A DNA stretch of 64,000 nucleotides from a virus (taxonomy: Duplodnaviria; Caudoviricetes). The notes under the pieces were generated by a model. The model did not search any database. It was not told where the DNA came from and saw only the letters and a program-made list of their open reading frames with translations. Position 1 is the first letter of the stretch, and the number at the start of each line of letters is the position of its first letter. The stretch is from positions 64,001 through 128,000 of IMG/VR virus record IMGVR_UViG_3300024269_000024, one strand, 5' to 3'. Below are positions 11,601-20,600 of the stretch, one piece after another. Both the position numbers and the translations under genes were made by a program.

Positions 11601-14600
11601 AGAAGCGCTAAATGAAAAGATTCGTCTGTATAAAGAAGCGCATAATACTAGCGAACAAAAAGCCAACCAAGGTGTTTATACGGGAGAGTTAAATAAGTAC
11701 AAAAGAGATATAAACAAAGCCATGAATAATATTGGCTTTAATGCAACAGACGAAAGTCTTGAAGGTGAACAAAAGAAAATTGCCGATATGTACATGAGAA
11801 TGCGTGTTCAGATTGAAGAGTGTACTGCGGCAGCAAAACGAGGCGAAGAAGTGCAATTGAGTGGTATTAGAGATATCGTAGCTGAATTGCAAAAAGAAAT
11901 TAATCTTTATAAGCAAGCGAATGGTATTTTTGACAACAATAAGGTAAATCGTGATGTTGCAAAGGCTGAGCGTGGATACAATCTCGCCACTTATAATTCT
12001 AAAGCATATAGTGGTTCAGAGGTTATAACTGAAAAATTGCAAAAATACAAAGCGGCTTTGGATGATTTAAAAGACTTACAAAAGAAAGCTAATAGCGTCG
12101 AAGGTTTGACTGCAGATGAAGCAACTAAGTTTGATCATTTGATTCAGCAGTGTAATAGATATGCGCAGGCTATAGATGGAGTCATTCAAAGTTCAGACAA
12201 ACTTGCAAAGAGCCAGAAGACAATAGATGTAAAACCTGTTAAACCAGGCACTAATGTTGATGATATACATAAGATTCAAAATGCTCTAGAAGGCTATGTA
12301 AATGAAACTTATGATGCAAAAGCGGCCATTGATGGTTTTAATTCAGATACTAATACATTAACTTTTACAGTCAAAGAAGCGGATGGAACAATTAGAAGAT
12401 ATGCAGCATCTTTGAATGCGGCAAAAACTGCAATTGTGACTACCTATGAAGGAGTCGGGAAAGAGACTTCTTTACTTGGTGAGTTGTTTGGTGGCTTAAA
12501 GCGCAAAATGAAAGAGCTGTGGACATATGCTGCAGCTAGATTGGGCGTTGACGAGTTAATTCAGGCGATTAGAACTGGAATTCAGTATGTAAGAGAAATT
12601 GATAGCGCGTTGACTGAATTGAAAAAAGTTACAAATGAAACTGATGCAACGTACAGTCGTTTCTTACAGAATATGTCTAAAACTGCAAGCGTGGTTGGAA
12701 GTACTGTAAAAGATCTGACAACTATGGCTGCTGAGTGGAGCCGTTTGGGCTATTCTCTTGAAGAAAGTGCTGAACTGGCCAAGAATACAGCAATCTTGCT
12801 AAATGTTTCTGAATTTACTGATGCGACACAGGCGTCTGAAGCACTTATCAGTACAATGCAGGCATTCCAGTATACTGCGGATGAAAGTGGACATGTGGTT
12901 GATATTTTAAATGAGGTTGGTAACAATTATGCCGTCTCATCCGATGGCATAGCAACCGCATTGAAAGACTCCGCCAGTGCACTTATGGAAGGCGGAAATA
13001 ACTTAGAACAGGCTACAGCTCTTGTTGCAGCAGCAAATAGAGTTGTGCAAGATCCAAATTCTGTGGGCAGTGCCCTCCGTACAATTTCTCTCCGTCTCCG
13101 TGGCACTTCAGTAGAAGTCCTCGAAGAAATGGGCGAAGCAACTGACGGAGTAGTAGAAAGTACAAGTAAACTCCAAGAAAAATTAAAAGCACTAACTGGT
13201 GTAGACATTCTTACCAACACGGGTGCTTATAAAGATACATACACAATTTTAAAAGAAATTGGCTCCGTATGGCAAGACCTTGGTAGTCTTGACCAAGCGG
13301 CAGCTCTAGAACTTATGGCGGGTAAGAATAGAGCTAACACTCTATCCGCAATCTTAAATAACATGTCAGACCTAGAAGGAGCCTATGAGTCTGCCATGAG
13401 CGCCAATGGTTCTGCAATTCGTGAAAATGAAACTTATCTTGATTCAATTGAAGGTAAAATTTCAAAGTTCAACAACGCAGTTCAAACCATGTGGATGAAC
13501 TTCATGAACGATGACGCTGTAAAATGGATTGTCGACCTAGGTACTGCGACAATTAAACTTATAAACACATTAAAGCTCGTTCCAACTGCTGCAGCGGGAC
13601 TAACAGCAATTAAAACTTTTTCCGTAAGCGCAAAAGATTCCCTTTCAGCTTTAGGCGAAGGACTTAGCGGTTTAATTACCAACTTTGGCAAGGAAGGAGT
13701 TAAAAATCTTGGCGCTACGATTGCCTCACAAGCAGGTTCCATTCTTGGCAGCTTGGGCAAGGGCCTTTTATTTGGCGGAGCCGCTTATGTTTTAACTACT
13801 GGCATTAGTCATATTATTACTGCTATTGATAAGTTAGCTCATAGCACCGAAAGGGCAGTCGAAAGAGCAGATGAAGCACTCAATAAATACTCTGACAAAC
13901 AAAAAGAACTTAAAGACCAAAAAACTACCGTAGATGAGCTTTCTGATTCTTACATCCGTCTATCAAGCGGCGTAAATACTTTGACCAATGACAACATTGG
14001 TTTAACTGTAGAATCATATGAAGAATATCTTGATGTTGTCAATCAAATTGCAGATTTACACCCAGAGCTTGTTGCAGGTTATGACGCAGAAGGCAATGCA
14101 ATTTTAACACTAAAGGGTAGAGTTGATCAGTTAGCGGACTCGTATCGCAAGGCACAAGAAGAAGCGGCGCTTGAGCTATTGACATCTAAAAATAAAACAG
14201 ACATTTGGAAAAAATATACCAGTGGAATGGACACTGGCGTGCAATATATTGATGAAAATAGCGGAAAATCTGGTTGGGGCAGCGTCTGGCAAGATGTGAC
14301 CGCAGACAATCAAAAAGATATTGTCGAAGCAATTTTGGCCATGAGCAACGAAGAGTTGACTCAGTTTTATGAATATGATAAGACTGGCAACGACGACATG
14401 TGGGGCATTTTACGGAAGCAGCTTTCTGACATGGGTACAGTTTTAGACGAAGGTCTTGTATATGCTGCATTTAATAAAGGATTTAGTATAGGTGACGATG
14501 AGCTTCATTCATTAGATACTTATAAGGCTTATTTTATCAACCAGTTATCTACATTAAATCAGACTATATCTGAGAGTATGAGTGGTATTCGTCAGACCGT

Positions 14601-17600
14601 TGCAGCCAGCTTGGTCTTTGATCCAATTTATCAACAATTAGATAGTGAGTCTCAGGATCTTGTAAATATTTTAATTAACAATCTTGATCCAAAGTTAATT
14701 GCAGATGCTGGTGTTAAAAGCACACAAGGGTTGATTGAATGGTTCTCTGGCAATGTGATTGCTCAAATTGATGAAAATTCAAATTTATACAATGATATCA
14801 CGGACGCATCCAATAATCTTATGAAAGCCATGGCAGATGGGGATAGCGATGCATATCAAGAGGCAAAGTCTGAATGGTCAAGTCTTGTTGAAAATATGGA
14901 AAGAGATGTAAACGGAAATATACAAATCGATCCAGACGCAGATATTGTTACCCAATATTTACAGCAACTTGCCAAAGACATTGAAAATCAATCAAAGAAT
15001 TACGAAGTTAAGCTTCAAATGCAGATGGATTTTGATTCTGCTAAATATATTGATGATATTGTTGACGACACAAACGAGAAAGCTAGACGTGCATTTTTTG
15101 AAGATCTTGAATTAGGCGAGAACGCCACAATGCAAGACTTGTATGAAAAAATAGGTACATCTTTAAATGATGGCAATGGAGTTCTTCGAGTGGACGAAGT
15201 TCAAAGTGCATATCAGGCATTTTTGAATGGAGATATGAATGACTGGTCCATGCCTCAGAGAGAAGCAATTGTTGCGCTTGATCAGGTTGTAAAAATGTAT
15301 GGTACCGATATTGATACTGTAATATCTCAACTTGTTGAACTTGGTTATGTTTCTAAGTCTATTAACGATATTGCTTCGTTTAGTCTTGCATCCGAAAAAA
15401 CCAATGAAGCCATTGACGCATTCCAAGATACAATCAGCTCGCTAAAAGACGCATGGGGCTCTCTAAACAGTAAAGAGATGACTAAGTCTGAATTTATAGA
15501 CTTGGCGCAAGAATTCCCAGAGCTCATGAAGGACGTAGACCTGTCTGACGATAACTGGATGGTTCGAGCAAAAGAAAACATAGAAGCACTAAATGCAGTT
15601 AAAGTTGATGACTTTGTTAAATCTCTTGAGGAAATGAAGGAGGCCATGATTGAGCGCGGTGAAGATCAAGCCGCTATTGATATGGTAGATTCTTTCATTA
15701 ACTACGCAAAAGAAGCACGAGCAATAAATGAAGTAACTAATGCACAGGCAGAGTACTATAGGCTTGTGCGCAGCTATGGAGATGAGGTGCGTGGTCCAAG
15801 TATTGCTAATGTTAATGAGGAAACAACTGCGTCAATCCGCAAACAAATTGAAGCTATAAAAGAATCTATTAATCAATATGAGCGTCTTGAGGACACTTTA
15901 TTGGGTACAACAAGCGCATTTGATCGATTCGCAAAGGCGCAAGAGGCTGACTCTAAGAATACATATGGAGAGCAATATATAGAAATGGCTCAAACCATGT
16001 ATGACGCTCTATACAAAACGGGTGAAGTCGGCTCTGAGGCGTTCTGGGCGGCAGTGCGTGCGTATGTTCCTGATGATGAATATGTTCACTTGCTCCCAGG
16101 CAAAGAACAACTCAATGCAATTAGGGATTACTTAAATGATAATGTATTCTCTTCTCTGACATTTGATGAGGGTGCATTTTCTATTGATTACAGTTCAATT
16201 GAAAAGTTCGTAGAAAAAGCGCAAAGCGTTGGCGTGTTCACTGGCACGGACTCAAATGCATTTGGACTGTCTGCTGACTTTATCAATAATCTACAAAAAG
16301 ATGAGGATGCTCTAGAAAAGTTTGCTGACCAAATGGGCATGACAGCAACTCAGGTTTATGCAATGTTGGCAGCAATGGATCAGTATAATGCTAATGGCGT
16401 TGGACTTTCTATGCTCTTGCAACTTGACACAAGCACTGCTGGACAAATTACATTGGTCACCAGTCAACTTGAACAATTGTACACACAGCGAGAAGCACTG
16501 CTCAAACAAGGCACAGATGACGTTGCGCTTGGTTACAATATGGACGAAATTGCCGCAACAGAAGCTCAATTGGGTTCACTACAACAGCAGGCAGTGGAAT
16601 CTGTAAAAGCATACGCAATGGTCGAAAACGCATTAAAAGCTACCGAAGAAAAAGTCGCAACAGTTTTGCCAGAGTCGATTTATACAGAGATTGGACTTAC
16701 TGGTGAAGAAAATGTTAAAGACGTGCTTCAGACCATAGAGGGCTACCTGATTAAGATTAGCGAACCAGCAGTTGTGGAGCTTGAAATTGCGCGACAGGAA
16801 ATTGAAGATCTTGAAAGCACAGATCCTACAATTACAGCGCATGTTAAGATTGATGATGATGGCTTATATGAGCTTATTAACGAAGAAGATTATCATGGTG
16901 AAATAGATCTGCAACATTACGTAGATCTGAAAAATGCAGAGTCTTTAATTGACAAGTCTCTAAGCGAAAATCTTACCAAGAGCGAGACATATCTTAGTGA
17001 AATTGCTGAAAATACACGCATTATGGCTGGTGAAAACGACACTGATAATGCACCTGAAGAGTCGAATGGCAATGATGTCAGCACAGACAAAAATCCTGTG
17101 CATGGCGGAGCTGGTGGCAAGTTTGGCAAGCCAACCATAGATACCGAAGCAACTGAATTGCATCTCAACACTATGAAAGACTTCTATAACTTAGGAGAAG
17201 CCATAGCTAAAGAGCGTGCAATGTTGTCTAGTAAGGGAGCAATGGATTTCTTGCAGCAAAGTACATATGACAATTTAGGTAAATTACAAAAAGAAGCAAC
17301 AGAAATTTATGATAAATTGAACGAAGGTGCTATGTCTGCGGAGGAAGCAATTCCTAAATTTAGCGAATTATTATCTCAGGCAGTTAAATTTGGTATAAAA
17401 CAGCCTAGTGCTCCTAGCATTGCAGAGGTGCCAAGTTGGTTAGATGTTACAAGCCCAGAAGGCAAGCTGTTTGGCGATGCAATTCTTGGACGTACTAACA
17501 ATGGCGCGGATAGCATGATGCCGCAATATGGGGAAGCTTATACAGATCCTGCAACTATTGCACCAGAACAAGTGGTTATTACAGATAGTAACTTGCAAAT

Positions 17601-20600
17601 AGATGGTGCAGATAACAAGATCGAAGGACCAGATGTGCAACAATATGACACATTTATTAAAGAACTAGAAACATTTGATCCTAATGCATTACTTCCTGCA
17701 GAGAAGATACAAGATATGGGCCTTAAGGAGATTGCTGATGAAGCTATTACTGCAGGAGATGCACTTGAATATTTCGCAAACAAGAAGCAAGATGCAATGG
17801 TTCCTGGAACGGCAGGGGCTTTGTTTGATGCAACGGCGATAAAAGAAGGAGTACTTACATATTCAGAACTGCAAAACGAAGTAACTTCATTTAACGAGCT
17901 GCTTGATCAAACCGATGAAATTATTGGAGATAACACTGAAGTCACTCAGGCGTATAGAGACTTATTACTTGAGATGTGTGAAACCGAGCAAGAAAGAGCG
18001 GATGTAAAAGCACAGTTTGACGAACATGATGGTAAGCTTATTGTAAAAAATTCTAGAGCTCTTAAAAAACTTGTCAGAGAGAAGAAAAAAGAGTTAGCCT
18101 CTGATGTTAAATTGGCAAAAGCACACGCTCAACTTGAATATTATGACTTGTACAAACAAATGCATGATCTGGTTAACAGTACGGAAGTAATGGATAGCAC
18201 AACGTTAAATTATATAAATTCTTTGTATGAAGAAATGGGTGCAATCCAAAGAACTATTGCCAAATATTCAATGCTTGAAGCACAGTTGCTTGGTACATCC
18301 AACGCATACGATAAATTGGCTGAAGCGCAAGAAGCAGATGCAGCAACGGACTACGGAAGTAAAGCTGAAGAACTAATGGGTGTTCTTGGTGAGGCATTTA
18401 CCACTGGTCAGCTTGGCACTCAGGCGGCACAAGTTGCTATAGAAGGGTTGGTGCCAGAGAGTGTTTATCAAGATGTAGACGATCTTGATGAAAAGATGAA
18501 AAAGATCTACAAATACTTCACGGGCGGCGAAGTGTCAAAACTATTTACTGTCAAATATACTGAAGAAGGCGAACTTGAAAGTGTAGAAATGACAGAGAAA
18601 AATGTTGAGGACTACACTGATAGTTTGTTTAAAAAAACTGTAGATTCTGCACTTGGAGAAGGTACTGTTTTTCAAGGAACATGGGATGAGTTTACTCTTA
18701 ATCCTGCCATTCAAACCCTTGAAGATTTTGCAAAAGCTTGCGGATTAACAGAAGAGGTCGCTTTTGCTTTCTTAACTGAGCTTGAAAAATATGATATTAA
18801 TTGGCTTGGTGGCGATTTTGAAACATTATTGGACCAGCTGATGGGCGACGATTTAGCATATGGAATACAAGAAGCAACTAAAGCAATGGCTGATCAGGAA
18901 ATAAAAATGGCCGAACTAAGAAAGAAAGTGGCTGATGGAGAGCTTTCAACTGGCGACCAAGAGTATATAAATGCTCAAAAAGAATATGATGTAGCTCAAG
19001 CAGAACTTGAATCTAAAGAAGAGCAAGCAATTGTCGACGTAACAGATTGGTCTAACAAAACAAAAGCGCTTGAAGAGCAAAAAAAGCATCTAGAAGATCT
19101 GGCAAAAGATTATGAAGAACTTAAAGCTTCTGATATGAATGCGGACGAAAAAGAAGAGGAATTGGAACGTCTAAATGCCGAAATGGATTCCACCACAGAA
19201 ACAATTGATGGACTTATTAGTGACCTTGATGAGTTAGGTGCGCCAACTGAGTTTGTTATAGAGGTTGCTTCAGCAGAAGCCCAGGAAAATATAGATAAGT
19301 TTAAGGAAAAATGGGAAGGTGCCGCAGAAGATGGTGACAAAAAGGCCGTTAAAATAACTGCGGCTGTAGAAGAAATTGATACGGCAGGTTTAGATGGTCT
19401 TGAAAAACTTGGCTTTACACAAAATTCCGATGGTACTTGGGAAGCAGGAGCAGATGTTAAAATTAAAGGATGGTCTGAATTAGATACTGCAAGTCAGCAA
19501 GAAATAATAGATTATATCAACATGCTAGAAGAACAGCATACAATTGACTTGTTATTAGGTGGAGGAACTAAAACGGTAGAAGACCATCTTTCAGATATAT
19601 CCAGGACCCTTGAGCATATAGCGCAGCTTTTTGACCCGACATACACAATAGATGTCAACACTAAAAACGCACAAAGTAAGATTTCTACGTTCAAAACCTC
19701 ATGGGATGGAATTAAATCTAAAACTGTTACTGTCTGGGCTTCAATTAAAAAAACTGCATCTAGTTTATGGAATCAATTAACTGGTAGGGGCGGCGTAAAT
19801 GGCACTGCGCATGTTCAAGGAACTGCATTTAAGAGTGGATCTTGGGGTGCTAAAGAAACTGAAACTGCATTGGTTGGAGAACTTGGACCAGAACTTCTTG
19901 TAAGAGGTAATCGATGGACTACTATTGGTGAAAATGGTGCAGAATTTAGAGATATTCGTAAGGGAGATATTATTTTTAACCATAAACAAACTGAAGATTT
20001 GTTGTCCAAGGGTTACGTAACAGGACGTGGTAAAGCTTTTGCTGAGGGTACCGCTTACGCTGGTATTAATACATGGACAGACACTGTAAAAGGATCTCAA
20101 TCTTATAATAGCACTTTAGGCAAAGAAATTTCCAACTCTGCCTCTAAACTATCCAAAGCAGCTAGTGATATTTCAAAATCTTCTGATAAACTTTCCGACG
20201 ACTTTAAAGAAATCTTTGACTGGATTGAAGTGCGCATAGAAGAAATCACAGAAGATCTCGATCTAAAGAGCGCAAAGCTTGAAAATGCAAATGGTTCTAA
20301 AAATCAAAACGTCATAATCGATGATATGATAGATTTGAACAAGCATCTTTACGATAACTTGACGGCTGGTGCATCTAAGTATTACGAATATGCTGCCAAG
20401 CTACTTGAAAAAGTGCCATCAGAATACCGTGATGCAGCCCAAAATGGTTCTATTGCAATTGAATCTTTTGTCGGTAAAGTTGGAGAAAGTACTCTTGAAG
20501 CAATTCAAGATTATCGCGAATGGGTACAAAAAGGCGCAGACGCAACCCAGCAAGCCGAAGAGACTCTAACAGAAATCTCCAGTCTTGCAAAACAAGCAAT

